In this document: in pieces, positions 36,809-47,142 of the stretch
Position numbering within the stretch: the first letter of the stretch is position 1
How the letters are laid out: each line of letters opens with the position of its first letter
NCBI GenBank assembly: GCA_001462245.1
Contig: LIUG01000158.1
Coordinates: forward strand, 401-59,921
Source: Candidatus Fibrimonas termitidis
GTDB taxonomy: Bacteria; Fibrobacterota; Fibrobacteria; Fibrobacterales; Fibrobacteraceae
Reading direction: 5' to 3'
Length of the DNA: 59,521 nucleotides
Program-made: the position numbers and the translations under genes
The notes under the pieces: generated by a model
The model's input: the letters and a program-made list of their open reading frames with translations, nothing else
What the model was told of the DNA's origin: nothing
The model's database searches: none

Positions 36809-37276
36809 TTATCTGTAATCTAAAATCTCCAGCTTTATCACCTTCTTAGGTGTTTGAACCTGAACCTTGTCGCCTCTGGCTTTGCCTATCAAGGCTTTTC
36901 CTATGGGGCTTACCGAGCTTATTTTCCCGTTTACGGGGTCTGAACCCTCCGGTGAAACCAAGGTGTACTCGTGTTCTTTGCCGGTCAATAGGTCTCTCAC
37001 CTTTACCGTGGCCCCAAACAGAATACGGGTTGCAGATGCGGTATCGTGCTCAATAATAACGGATCTGGCAACTCGGTCCTCCAAAAATTGAATTCTAGCT
37101 TCAATTTTCCCCTGTTGGTCCTTGGCGGAATGATATTCAAAATTCTCGCTTAAATCCCCCTGCGCCCTAGCCTCTGCGATTTCCTGCAAAATATGCGGCC
37201 TTTCAACTTTTTTCAAACTATCAAGCTCCTGCACCAGCAGCTCGTAAGTTTCCTTAGTAACCGGAATTGTGTCCAT
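36809..37276 (-). CDS. greA: transcription elongation factor GreA
   Basis: RPHILQEIAEARAQGDLSENFEYHSAKDQQGKIEARIQFLEDRV and a C-terminal FKBP-like domain. Confidence 0.92.
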   Translation of the reverse strand: MDTIPVTKETYELLVQELDSLKKVERPHILQEIAEARAQGDLSENFEYHSAKDQQGKIEARIQFLEDRVARSVIIEHDTASATRILFGATVKVRDLLTGKEHEYTLVSPEGSDPVNGKISSVSPIGKALIGKARGDKVQVQTPKKVIKLEILDYR

Positions 37277-37285
37277 ATCAAGATA

Positions 37286-37296
37286 AATATAGTAAA
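37286..37296 (-). promoter_or_regulatory. extended -10-like element TTTACTATATT, 9 nt before greA ATG
   Basis: Minus strand reads TTTACTATATT-TATCTTGAT-ATG(37276). Confidence 0.5.
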
Positions 37297-38490
37297 CTAC
37301 TCCCTAAGCCACCTAATCGGATCTTGCGTTTGGGTGCCCTTGTACACTTGGAAAAAGAGCTTGTAGCCGTTTGTGGATTCTGCGTTGCCTACGGTGCCTA
37401 TTTCCTGGCAATTCTTTACGGATTCGCCTTCTTTTACCTTTATTGCGGCCAAATGACCGTAAACACTGTAATAGGAACCCTTGTGGTCCAAGATTACCGA
37501 GGGGCCGTGCCCGGGCAGATTTGTTGTCATAACAACCGTGCCTGCAGCGGCGGCTCTAATGCCTTCCCCTTTTTGCCCCCTTATCTCCGTGCCCAGGTGC
37601 ATAATTTTTATATCCAGCACCTTATTCACATGATAGCCGTATTCGCTTATTATTTCGCCCTTTAAGGGGGTGCATTTAGGGCCTATTGCAACCGGGGTTT
37701 CCTTAACGGCTACCCCCTTTTTTTCCGCTTTCTTCTTTGCTGCAAGCTCCGCTTGCCGTTTTTTTTCAAGGGTCGTTATCAGCGCAGCCAGGGTTTGCTG
37801 GTTTCGTCTGTATTCTTCAATAGCCCTTTCCTGAGTTGATTTGTCTCTTTTTACCTTTGTCAAAACCTCGTTTTGGAATAACAACTGGTTTTGGAGTTTT
37901 TGTTCCTCTTTTGCCTTGCTTTCGTGGAGCGCAACCATTTCTCTTTGCTTTGCTCCCAGTGCCTGCTTTTTTTCTTTTTGCTTGTTTATAAAGGCTAAAT
38001 AGCTTTCAACTATGGTTCTATCGTTTTCCAGCAGCCTCTGAACCCAATAAACCTTGCGCTCCGGGTTTTCGTTTTCTTTCAGAAGGTTGAATAAAAGCTC
38101 CCATTCCTCCCGTTTGCCGTGAATGTATAAATTCCTTAGCCTTGAGGCTATGGCTTCTCTTTGTTCATTTATGCTTTGTTGCAAAAGCCCCATCTCTTTT
38201 TCTATACCCGTTATCGCAAGCTTGAGCGAGTTTTCTTTTTTTTGCAGATCGGTCAAATGCTCCCGTGTTCGTGTTAAACCGCCGTCAATTTCCGCAATGC
38301 TCTTCAACACCCCGCTTTCCTTGCTTTCCAGCTCTTTTACTTTTGCCTCCGCTTTTTTCATATCCTTTTGGATCTTCTTCAAAGCGTCTGCATTGCTCCT
38401 GAGTTCCTTATCCACAGAAGTTGCGGGCGCAGCGAATGAATTGAGAAAAGCGAAAATTACGGCGATTATTAAGCAGTTGAGAATTTTCAA
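37297..38490 (-). CDS. coiled-coil M23/LytM-domain protein (EnvC-like)
   Basis: Signal peptide, long heptad-rich region, and C-terminal LytM domain (GTEIRGQKGEGIRAAAAGTVV, LDHKGSYYSVYGHL). Confidence 0.7.
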   Translation of the reverse strand: MKILNCLIIAVIFAFLNSFAAPATSVDKELRSNADALKKIQKDMKKAEAKVKELESKESGVLKSIAEIDGGLTRTREHLTDLQKKENSLKLAITGIEKEMGLLQQSINEQREAIASRLRNLYIHGKREEWELLFNLLKENENPERKVYWVQRLLENDRTIVESYLAFINKQKEKKQALGAKQREMVALHESKAKEEQKLQNQLLFQNEVLTKVKRDKSTQERAIEEYRRNQQTLAALITTLEKKRQAELAAKKKAEKKGVAVKETPVAIGPKCTPLKGEIISEYGYHVNKVLDIKIMHLGTEIRGQKGEGIRAAAAGTVVMTTNLPGHGPSVILDHKGSYYSVYGHLAAIKVKEGESVKNCQEIGTVGNAESTNGYKLFFQVYKGTQTQDPIRWLRE

Positions 38491-38491
38491 G

Positions 38492-39367
38492 TCAAATTCC
38501 TCTCGCCAAAAATTTTCTCACGGTAAAGAAACAGGCTGCGGCTTCGGATACCGCTACAAACAGCAGAACAAAAACGCTTGAAAGCCGGCTTTTTTGCGTG
38601 AACTCCAAAAGGATTGGAAAATATTCAACAATCGGCTTTTCAATAAAGTGAAACAAAAGGGCAGCCAGACCTGAGCCTGCAAGCCCTTGCAGCAAGCCCT
38701 CCAGCACAAAGGGAAACAATATAAAAAAGGGAGTTCCGCCGGAATATTTTATGTTGCTCACCAACTCTTTTCTTGAAATTAAAGTTAAGCGCATGGAGTT
38801 CCACATAATAAGCCATAAGATAACCAGCATAAACGCAGACACAGAAATTGGAATTGCAAAAAAATGCCACTTGAAATCTTCCCATCGCTTAATCCATTCG
38901 GTGGGGGCCTGGACAACGGAAATTTCCGGCATGGCGAGCAGCAGCTCCGATGTTTTTTGAACGGCTTCAAGATTTTGCGAATTAGCTCTTATTTGTATGC
39001 GCAGAGATGCCGGCAACGGATTTCCCTCAACGAGGTATAGCATATCTTCCGGAAAACTCAATTTAAATTCTTCAAGAGCCTGCTCATCCGAAACATAAAC
39101 CAGCGAACTCACGTTTTCAAAAGAAGCCACCGCTTCCAAAATAGAATCCGCTTCCACCGGCCCCGGCGTGTTCAAAAAAAACGCTTCTATTCTGTACAGC
39201 GAGGCAGAGCGCATGGAAAGCGAAACCGCAAAGCTCAGAGCGTTCATGCTTGTGATTAACAAAAACGAGCATAAAAATGTAGTAGCAAGCGAAGGGATTA
39301 TCACAAGGCGATGCCTTAAAAGCCCTCTAAAAGCCTCTGCCGTTAAATATGGAAGTCGCTGCAGCAT
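38492..39367 (-). CDS. ftsX: FtsX-like cell-division permease
   Basis: N-terminal LTAEAFRGLLRHRLVIIPSLATTF, a large extracytoplasmic loop and three C-terminal TMs. Positioned directly before the EnvC-like gene. Confidence 0.7.
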   Translation of the reverse strand: MLQRLPYLTAEAFRGLLRHRLVIIPSLATTFLCSFLLITSMNALSFAVSLSMRSASLYRIEAFFLNTPGPVEADSILEAVASFENVSSLVYVSDEQALEEFKLSFPEDMLYLVEGNPLPASLRIQIRANSQNLEAVQKTSELLLAMPEISVVQAPTEWIKRWEDFKWHFFAIPISVSAFMLVILWLIMWNSMRLTLISRKELVSNIKYSGGTPFFILFPFVLEGLLQGLAGSGLAALLFHFIEKPIVEYFPILLEFTQKSRLSSVFVLLFVAVSEAAACFFTVRKFLARGI

Positions 39368-39368
39368 T

Positions 39369-39396
39369 CAACCCTCAACTCTCAATTCTCAACTTT
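39369..39396. repeat. degenerate heptamer array (CAACCCT CAACTCT CAATTCT CAACTTT) at the DUF1343/ftsX junction
   Basis: In the gene direction it reads GAGTTGA-type units and encodes the last residues (LRIES) and the TGA stop (39375-77) of the upstream gene. The ftsX ATG follows 7 nt later. Confidence 0.85.
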
Positions 39397-40466
39397 CTTA
39401 AACTTCCATTCCCAAGCAAAATATCAATAGGCAGTTTTTCAAATTCATACTCGTAAGGCGGCGGTTTCCATTTAAAATCGTTTTGGTAGCGGTGAAATAT
39501 ATATTTCAGAATTTGGATTGTTGTTTCAAAGGGCAAAAATTCTTCCCGTTCCAAAACGTGGATTTGCACTCCGTGGCAAATTTGCCCTGCGTATTTGTGA
39601 AATGTCGGTTGAAAATGGCTTTCCCTAAAATAAACTCCGGGCAGTTTTAAATTGTTGAGGTATTCGCTCATTTCCGGGGCATCAATCCAAGGAGCGCCAA
39701 AGAGTTCAAAGGGCTTTGTTGTGCCGCGTGCCTCACTGATATTTGTGGCTTCCAGCAGGCATTGTCCGGGATAGACTATTGCGGTATCTAGGGTAGGCAT
39801 ATTGGGAGATGGCATTACCCAGGGCAAGCCCGTTTGGTCAAACCACATATTTTTTTTATAACCCTGCATTTCCAAAACATGAATTTCCGCGCTGGGAAAG
39901 CATTCCTCTTTGAACTGCAAAGCGAGTTCGCCTATGGTTTTTCCGTGCCGCACCTGAATCGAGTGCAAACCCACAAAGCTTTTGTATTCCAAGTCCAAAA
40001 CAGGGCCTTCCGTTATGTGGCAGCCTATAGGGTTTGGTCGGTCTATTGCAATAACGGGGATGCCGCATTTTTCTGCGGCTTTTATGCAGAGATAAAGAGT
40101 CCAAATAAAGGTGTAATACCTTGCGCCTATGTCTTGCAAGTCAATTAAGAGCATATCAAGATTTTTCAGCATTTCCGGAGTTGGTTCTCTGTGCTCGCCG
40201 TATAAGCTGTAAACCGGGATGCCGAGGTGCGGGTCTGTGAAGCCTTCCCATTCTATCATGTTGTCTTGGGTGTGCCCTAAAATTCCGTGCTGCGGGCCAA
40301 AAAGCGCAGCGAGTTTGAAGAGGGAGCCGCTGTGCCTTTCCAGCGTTGCAATGGTGTGGCGGAGGTCTTTGGTTATAGAAGCTGGGTGCAAAACCGCCCC
40401 CATCCGCTTTCCCTTTAATTTTTCCGGGAAGTGCTTTTCCAAATTTTCAAGGGCTAAGGTTAGCAT
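39375..40466 (-). CDS. DUF1343 family protein (NamZ-like exo-beta-N-acetylmuramidase)
   Basis: GKRMGAVLHPASI...LAALFGPQHG...DLQDIGARYYTF are typical of DUF1343. ATG 40466 (MLTLALENL) preferred; the ORF track extends to 40544 inside the hemerythrin gene. Confidence 0.6.
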   Translation of the reverse strand: MLTLALENLEKHFPEKLKGKRMGAVLHPASITKDLRHTIATLERHSGSLFKLAALFGPQHGILGHTQDNMIEWEGFTDPHLGIPVYSLYGEHREPTPEMLKNLDMLLIDLQDIGARYYTFIWTLYLCIKAAEKCGIPVIAIDRPNPIGCHITEGPVLDLEYKSFVGLHSIQVRHGKTIGELALQFKEECFPSAEIHVLEMQGYKKNMWFDQTGLPWVMPSPNMPTLDTAIVYPGQCLLEATNISEARGTTKPFELFGAPWIDAPEMSEYLNNLKLPGVYFRESHFQPTFHKYAGQICHGVQIHVLEREEFLPFETTIQILKYIFHRYQNDFKWKPPPYEYEFEKLPIDILLGNGSLRKLRIES

Positions 40467-40857
40467 TGGCGAATATCCGGTCTTTTTTGCAAATATGGTC
40501 AATCCACCAGTTTTTGAGGAACTCCAGAAATTTTTGCGGATCATCTTTCCATAAATTTTTGTTCTCGGTATTGGAGAGAGTGCGTCTTAATTCATTGTGC
40601 AATTCACGATGGTTTTCAAAATCGGTGAAACCACGTTGCCTAAGAAAGTTCTCTTCAAGCTCAAAATGGATGTGCGTGTATTCGGTGACCATATTGAGCA
40701 CCGAGTCGAGTACTTTTACGCCATGCTTGTTCTGCATAGCATAAAAAAGAGAATTGATGGTGGTCACAATTCCCCGATGCTGCTCGTCAATGATAGGTAT
40801 TCCCAAATTGTATTCGGGTTTCCAAACAATAAAGAGATTGTGTTCATTTTTTTGCAT
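40447..40857 (-). CDS. bacteriohemerythrin
   Basis: VWKPEYNLGIPIIDEQHRGIV...HFELEENF...HRELHNEL...WWIDHICKKD (His/Glu/Asp iron ligand pattern). Start ATG 40857; the upstream ORF extension is only translated repeat. Confidence 0.8.
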   Translation of the reverse strand: MQKNEHNLFIVWKPEYNLGIPIIDEQHRGIVTTINSLFYAMQNKHGVKVLDSVLNMVTEYTHIHFELEENFLRQRGFTDFENHRELHNELRRTLSNTENKNLWKDDPQKFLEFLKNWWIDHICKKDRIFANANLSP

Positions 40858-40864
40858 ACTTGTA

Positions 40865-40875
40865 AATTTAGTAAA
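40865..40875 (-). promoter_or_regulatory. extended -10-like element TTTACTAAATT, 7 nt before hemerythrin ATG
   Basis: Minus strand reads TTTACTAAATT-TACAAGT-ATG(40857). Confidence 0.45.
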
Positions 40876-40892
40876 CGCAGATTTATTCGCTT

Positions 40893-40934
40893 GGGTATAG
40901 GGTATAGGGTTCAGGGTATAGGGTATAGGGTATC
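40893..40934. repeat. G-rich heptamer array GGGTATA x6 (one unit GGGTTCA, last GGGTATC)
   Basis: Units every 7 nt from 40893. Lies where a -35/UP region of the hemerythrin promoter would be. Six GGG runs with 4-nt loops on the plus strand. Confidence 0.95.
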
Positions 40935-40963
40935 TTACCTTTACCCTCAATTCAACACCTAGA

Positions 40964-40994
40964 CCTTGGACAAGACACGCATTGCCTGTCCAGG
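40964..40994 (-). terminator. candidate stem-loop after the three-gene secreted operon
   Basis: CCTTGGACA (40964-72) / TGTCCAGG (40987-94) form an 8-bp stem with one bulge, just downstream of stop 41000. No clear U-run. Confidence 0.3.
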
Positions 40995-40999
40995 CCTGC

Positions 41000-41473
41000 T
41001 TATTCCCTGATTACTGGAAAAACTAGGTTGTCTCCATGGGTATATGTGTAAACAACGTATTTAATACTCTTGCCTGTGGATTCATAGGGTAAATTCAAAG
41101 TTAAATCCCAAGATGAATTGCAACTGCACGCTGTCACAAGGGAACCCTCATCAGGCCAATACTCTTCAAGTTTCAAAGTATCAATAGCTTGGCTGGCTTT
41201 AATTCTAACGTTGCTTGAGCAATACAACCCAATCGAATTCAAATGAACATGTGTTTTGCCATTAGAATTGGTTATTACTGCAAATTTTTCAACTTCACTG
41301 AACGGTTCAAATGGTTCATCGTTGATTTGTTTATGCAGTCTATCCAAGCATTGCGAAGAGCCTACATAACCATCTTCGTCGGAAGTATCTTCATCTGAAG
41401 AATTACAAGCGTTCAAAAAAAACGCTAGCAGAAGGGAAGCTATAGAAATTTTAAGCATAGTTTTACACCTCAC
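41000..41473 (-). CDS. small Cys-containing lipoprotein, unknown function
   Basis: Lipobox LAFFLNACNSS followed by the acidic linker DEDTSDED. GTGA overlap with the upstream gene (alternative ATG at 41458). Confidence 0.5.
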   Translation of the reverse strand: MRCKTMLKISIASLLLAFFLNACNSSDEDTSDEDGYVGSSQCLDRLHKQINDEPFEPFSEVEKFAVITNSNGKTHVHLNSIGLYCSSNVRIKASQAIDTLKLEEYWPDEGSLVTACSCNSSWDLTLNLPYESTGKSIKYVVYTYTHGDNLVFPVIRE

Positions 41474-42486
41474 TTACGGTTAATAAATGATTGAGCGATT
41501 CCCATAAATTCTTCTTCTTTTTTATAGTTAATTGAATAAGGCGCATCTACAACAGTATGTCTAATTTCTCCATTGGATGCTTCAACACTCACAGAATACG
41601 ACAAGCATGGAGATAAAGCATTTTCAGTTGCTGTTTTGCACCATGCCTTGGCTACACCGTTTACATCAAAACTTCTAATTGATAAAGTGTCTCCTGCTGC
41701 AATCACATAAGAATAACCCGAATTTATAACCGATTCTAAAGCTTCAGTAATATCGGTTACATTATTACTTATATTTGTGAATTTTTCAGTTGAAAATAAA
41801 TCCTGCCAAGCCATGTCCATATTTTTAATACGTCCATCTTTATCTATAACTACGGTTAAGTAATTACTGGTACCTCTAACTATTCTGCCTTTATATATGC
41901 GTTGGAAGAATAATGTATAGCCATTTTCAGTTCCGGTATGCGCATTTGGAACGGTTTTAGTTTGCGAAATTGTTTTGCCGTTAATATATTCACTGTAACT
42001 ATTTTCGATGGTTTGCGGAACCGCTATGCTTTCAATATACTCTGTGCCTATTATGAATAAATCAAATTGCTTGGCAATTGTATCAGAGAATAAATGTTTA
42101 AGCAATTTTTTGGACTCTTGATTTTGATTTTTCTTTAAATTATCAATATTTAATTTAAAGGTGCTTTTGCACGAATCAAAATAGGCAATATTTTCATAGT
42201 GGATGACAGACAAGAAACTTTTCTCAGCACTCTTAGAAATATCTTTTATTTCTTGAAAAGATTCTTTTCCTAACAAAGAGGGATTTTCGGAGGATACTAT
42301 CTGTATGCGTTCTCTTTCTTGGAACTTTTCAAAATTAGAACCATAATCCATCGCAAAAAACAACCCGGAACGATGCCTGTCGCTATTTTCTCGCAAATAC
42401 GATTGTACATGGGATTGCATTTTGACTATTGGTTGAGCACTAGCAAAAAATGCGAATGCCAAGATAAATATTGAAGTGTATTTCAT
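41470..42486 (-). CDS. secreted protein, unknown function; possible PepSY/FTP-like propeptide-type modules
   Basis: Signal peptide FILAFAFFASAQP. Segment NGYTLFFQRIYKGRIVRGTSNYLTVVIDKDGRIKNM resembles PepSY/FTP-type beta-hairpin modules (weak, by eye). Confidence 0.4.
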   Translation of the reverse strand: MKYTSIFILAFAFFASAQPIVKMQSHVQSYLRENSDRHRSGLFFAMDYGSNFEKFQERERIQIVSSENPSLLGKESFQEIKDISKSAEKSFLSVIHYENIAYFDSCKSTFKLNIDNLKKNQNQESKKLLKHLFSDTIAKQFDLFIIGTEYIESIAVPQTIENSYSEYINGKTISQTKTVPNAHTGTENGYTLFFQRIYKGRIVRGTSNYLTVVIDKDGRIKNMDMAWQDLFSTEKFTNISNNVTDITEALESVINSGYSYVIAAGDTLSIRSFDVNGVAKAWCKTATENALSPCLSYSVSVEASNGEIRHTVVDAPYSINYKKEEEFMGIAQSFINRK

Positions 42487-42500
42487 TGTGCTTCTCCTAA

Positions 42501-43352
42501 TTAATATTGGGGTTTGCCATATTTGTAGCTAAGCCAATTTATTGTAAGGTTGGTTGCTCCATACTGATAACTAAAAGGACCATTATAAACATTTTGCAGA
42601 CGTTCATTAGAAAAGTTTACATATTGCCCATTATCTGCATTACCAGCCCAAAAAGCAATAGCGGGCTCTATTCCAAGTCCAGCATTTATATAGATGGCAG
42701 CAGCATCTTTAACAGCAGAGTTATGCGAAGACCAAATTGTATTTCCGACAATCACATAACGTGTAGTAAATTTCTTAAACTGGTCTTCGGTTCCGCTTCC
42801 TTGAGAAGGAGAAAATTGCCAAGACATTGACCTGACTCCCAAAATAGCATGAGCACCTCCCATTAACCAGCTGGCGAGATACAAAGGGGAAGCATTAAGT
42901 GTTAAACAAGCATCAAAAATTATCCATCGCGTATAATTGCCAAAAGTTTTTGTAGGAGTAGGTGCAGTAGCTTGAAGCGGGAAATCATAAAATGCCAAAG
43001 TGTTATAATTACCATGTCCGGAAAAAAATACAAATTCACTTAAATCAGTATTATCGTTTAAAAAATTTGCTCTAGTAGCCGTTGAGTTTTCTCTATTATA
43101 CCTTACGGTTGAGGAAGTATTCGGGTATTTTGCGTTCAATTTTCCTTGTAAATGGCCAATAAATTCATTTTTATGAATAATAGAGCGAGGAAGATTGCTA
43201 GCTGTTGAATTATTATTAATGTTGTATTGTGAATAATCATTCACTGCATAAGCTGCAATATCCACATATGCTGGTACACCCCACGGCGTTAGCGCATAGC
43301 AAGAAAACGCTAGCAAAAGAAAAATTATTGAAAATAAATTTAATCTTTTCAT
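42501..43352 (-). CDS. secreted protein with clan-CD-like (caspase/gingipain-type) His-Gly...Ala-Cys dyad; candidate cysteine peptidase
   Basis: Start ATG 43352 (MKRLNLFSIIFLLLAFSCYA). EFVFFSGHG, then RWIIFDACLT with the Cys 36 residues after the His, each preceded by a hydrophobic strand; followed by GGAHAILG. Confidence 0.45.
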   Translation of the reverse strand: MKRLNLFSIIFLLLAFSCYALTPWGVPAYVDIAAYAVNDYSQYNINNNSTASNLPRSIIHKNEFIGHLQGKLNAKYPNTSSTVRYNRENSTATRANFLNDNTDLSEFVFFSGHGNYNTLAFYDFPLQATAPTPTKTFGNYTRWIIFDACLTLNASPLYLASWLMGGAHAILGVRSMSWQFSPSQGSGTEDQFKKFTTRYVIVGNTIWSSHNSAVKDAAAIYINAGLGIEPAIAFWAGNADNGQYVNFSNERLQNVYNGPFSYQYGATNLTINWLSYKYGKPQY

Positions 43353-43374
43353 GGTATTTCTCCATTTACTCACA

Positions 43375-43403
43375 AATATAGAAATTTTTCTCAATTGTGT
43401 CAA
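43375..43403 (-). promoter_or_regulatory. consensus sigma-70 promoter TTGACA-N17-TATATT (minus strand)
   Basis: Minus strand: TTGACA (43403-43398), 17-nt spacer, TATATT (43380-43375). 22-nt leader with GGAG before ATG 43352. Confidence 0.7.
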
Positions 43404-43437
43404 GGGTTTTTCTCAAAAAAGGGTTTTTCTCAAAAAA
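43404..43437. repeat. perfect 17-bp tandem duplication GGGTTTTTCTCAAAAAA x2 abutting the -35 box
   Basis: 43404-43420 and 43421-43437 are identical, with 0-nt distance to TTGACA. Confidence 0.95.
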
Positions 43438-43452
43438 TATTTTTTGCCAAAT

Positions 43453-43476
43453 GTCCTACAATAAGTCCTACAATAA
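43453..43476. repeat. perfect 12-bp tandem duplication GTCCTACAATAA x2
   Basis: 43453-43464 and 43465-43476 are identical. On the minus strand preceded by another TTGACA (43485-43480), 16 nt from a TATTGT created by the second copy. Confidence 0.9.
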
Positions 43477-43487
43477 CATTGTCAAAA

Positions 43488-45505
<2,018 letters not shown>

Positions 45506-45514
45506 CTAACAATC

Positions 45515-47113
45515 CTAAGCCACATCCAGTCTCTTTTGGTAAGAGCTTAAGGATTCTATAGCATTTGTGAGAACATGAATAAAATCCTGCGCTCCGGCCG
45601 CTTTTAAATCTTCGGCTTCTTTGGGATTTCCGGCGACTATGCGTATAATGTTGGGGAATTCCTTTTCGAGAACCGGGAAAATTTCCTTCGCTAGCTCTAA
45701 GTATTCTTCGTCTTTGGAACAGAGAACAACAATTTGAGGAGCATTCTTTTTCACAAGCTCAATGCCTTCCGCAACGCTGGGGATACCATTGGTATCTATA
45801 ATCGTGTAGCCTGCGCAGCCAAAGAAGTTTTTGATGAATGTCGCACGTGCAAGGCGCATTCCCAAATCTCCGGCAGTCCATAGGAATACCTTTGGCGTTT
45901 TTCCGCTTCTTTCCGTTTGCAAGCGAAGTTTCTCAAATACCTCCGGCCCGCGGCGAATGTTCAAGGTTGCAGTGATTTTCTCGCTCATCTTTTCTTGCAA
46001 ATTCGGATACTGGTTTGTGCCTATGAATACTTCACGGCGTTGCATAATCAGTTTTTCCTTTTGCTTCCAGCTTTCATCTATGGCTTTTTGAATAGAACCG
46101 TTCTGAAGAGCAGCTTTAAAACCGCCTTCGCTCTCCAATTTTTTGAAGGCTTCCAGAGATTTGGAGGCGACCTGCTCTGTGAGAGTCTCTATATAGTAAG
46201 AGCCTGCGGAAGGGTCAACTATTTTATGGAAGTTGCATTCGTTTTTTAGGAGCAACTGGATGTTGCGGGCTATGCGGCAACTGAACTCATCGGGCTTTTT
46301 GAACACCGCATCGTAGGGGATTACGGTAATTGAATCCGCACCGGCGATAGCGGCGCTCATGGCTTCGGTTGTTGCACGGAGCATATTCACATTCGGGTCA
46401 AATACGGTGGCATTCCACATGGATGTGCTTGCGTGGATTTTTGCTGTTGCGGTCACTCCGTATTCTTTTAGCACGTTTGCCCATAAAATGCGCAGAGCAC
46501 GGATTTTTGCAATTTCAAGGAAATATCTTGAGCCAACGCTTATGCCAAATGTTATCTGCGAGGCTGCCTGTTCTGCGGTTTGACCTGCCCCTGTAAGGGC
46601 GTCCATCTGTTCCAAGCCTGCGGAGAGGGCTATGCTGAGTTCCTGAATGATGTTTGCGCCCGCATTGTGGTAGCTGTGCACTTTAATGGCAGAGTTGTTT
46701 TCTATAAAGTCAAAATGAACTTTGCTTTTGTCTATGCCGGCAGCGAGAGCCTGTGTGTCTGCCTTGGTTCCGTGCAAAAAGCATACTGTGTCTGCGCCAC
46801 GTTCCAAAGCGTGTTTGGCAGCGGCGTTTGCGGCAGCGATATCCTCTTCGTAGATATTTTCCCTGATTTCCCAGTTATTGTCCGTTTTCTTTGCGCCACG
46901 GGCAAAGGGGAACTCGCCCGGCAGGTTATCCAGAAGCCAGGATATGCCGTCTGTATCGGCTTTGCGGTAGTAGGGTTTAACAGCTATGCCCTCTAGGGTT
47001 TTCCAGATGAGTTTTTTCTCGTAATCTGCCCCCTTAAGGTCTGCTTGTATAGTAGCTTCCCACTCCTCGGTGGAAACATCGGGGAATTCTGCGAACAATT
47101 TTTCCTGGCTCAT
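45515..47113 (-). CDS. mutA: methylmalonyl-CoA mutase small (beta) subunit-like protein
   Basis: LFAEFPDVSTEEWEATIQADLKGADYEKKLIWKTLEGIAVKPYYR matches Bacteroidetes-type MutA N-termini. The C-terminal Rossmann-like domain has AGDLGMRLA instead of the cobalamin DxHxxG. Confidence 0.65.
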   Translation of the reverse strand: MSQEKLFAEFPDVSTEEWEATIQADLKGADYEKKLIWKTLEGIAVKPYYRKADTDGISWLLDNLPGEFPFARGAKKTDNNWEIRENIYEEDIAAANAAAKHALERGADTVCFLHGTKADTQALAAGIDKSKVHFDFIENNSAIKVHSYHNAGANIIQELSIALSAGLEQMDALTGAGQTAEQAASQITFGISVGSRYFLEIAKIRALRILWANVLKEYGVTATAKIHASTSMWNATVFDPNVNMLRATTEAMSAAIAGADSITVIPYDAVFKKPDEFSCRIARNIQLLLKNECNFHKIVDPSAGSYYIETLTEQVASKSLEAFKKLESEGGFKAALQNGSIQKAIDESWKQKEKLIMQRREVFIGTNQYPNLQEKMSEKITATLNIRRGPEVFEKLRLQTERSGKTPKVFLWTAGDLGMRLARATFIKNFFGCAGYTIIDTNGIPSVAEGIELVKKNAPQIVVLCSKDEEYLELAKEIFPVLEKEFPNIIRIVAGNPKEAEDLKAAGAQDFIHVLTNAIESLSSYQKRLDVA

Positions 47114-47142
47114 TGTGTCCTCTTTAGGTTTGCGGTAGGGGT

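Noticed and set aside
40858-40950. N-terminal extension of the hemerythrin ORF (MRVKVRYPIPYTLNPIPYTQANKSAFTKFTS).
   Set aside because: It is the translation of the C-rich strand of the GGGTATA array plus the promoter. A conserved hemerythrin N-terminus begins at ATG 40857, directly after a -10-like element.
43404-43476. The tandem repeats here, at 7021-7050, at 10885-10912 and the heptamer arrays as CRISPR arrays.
   Set aside because: The units are directly adjacent with no unique spacers, they are 7-17 bp long, and no cas genes are present.
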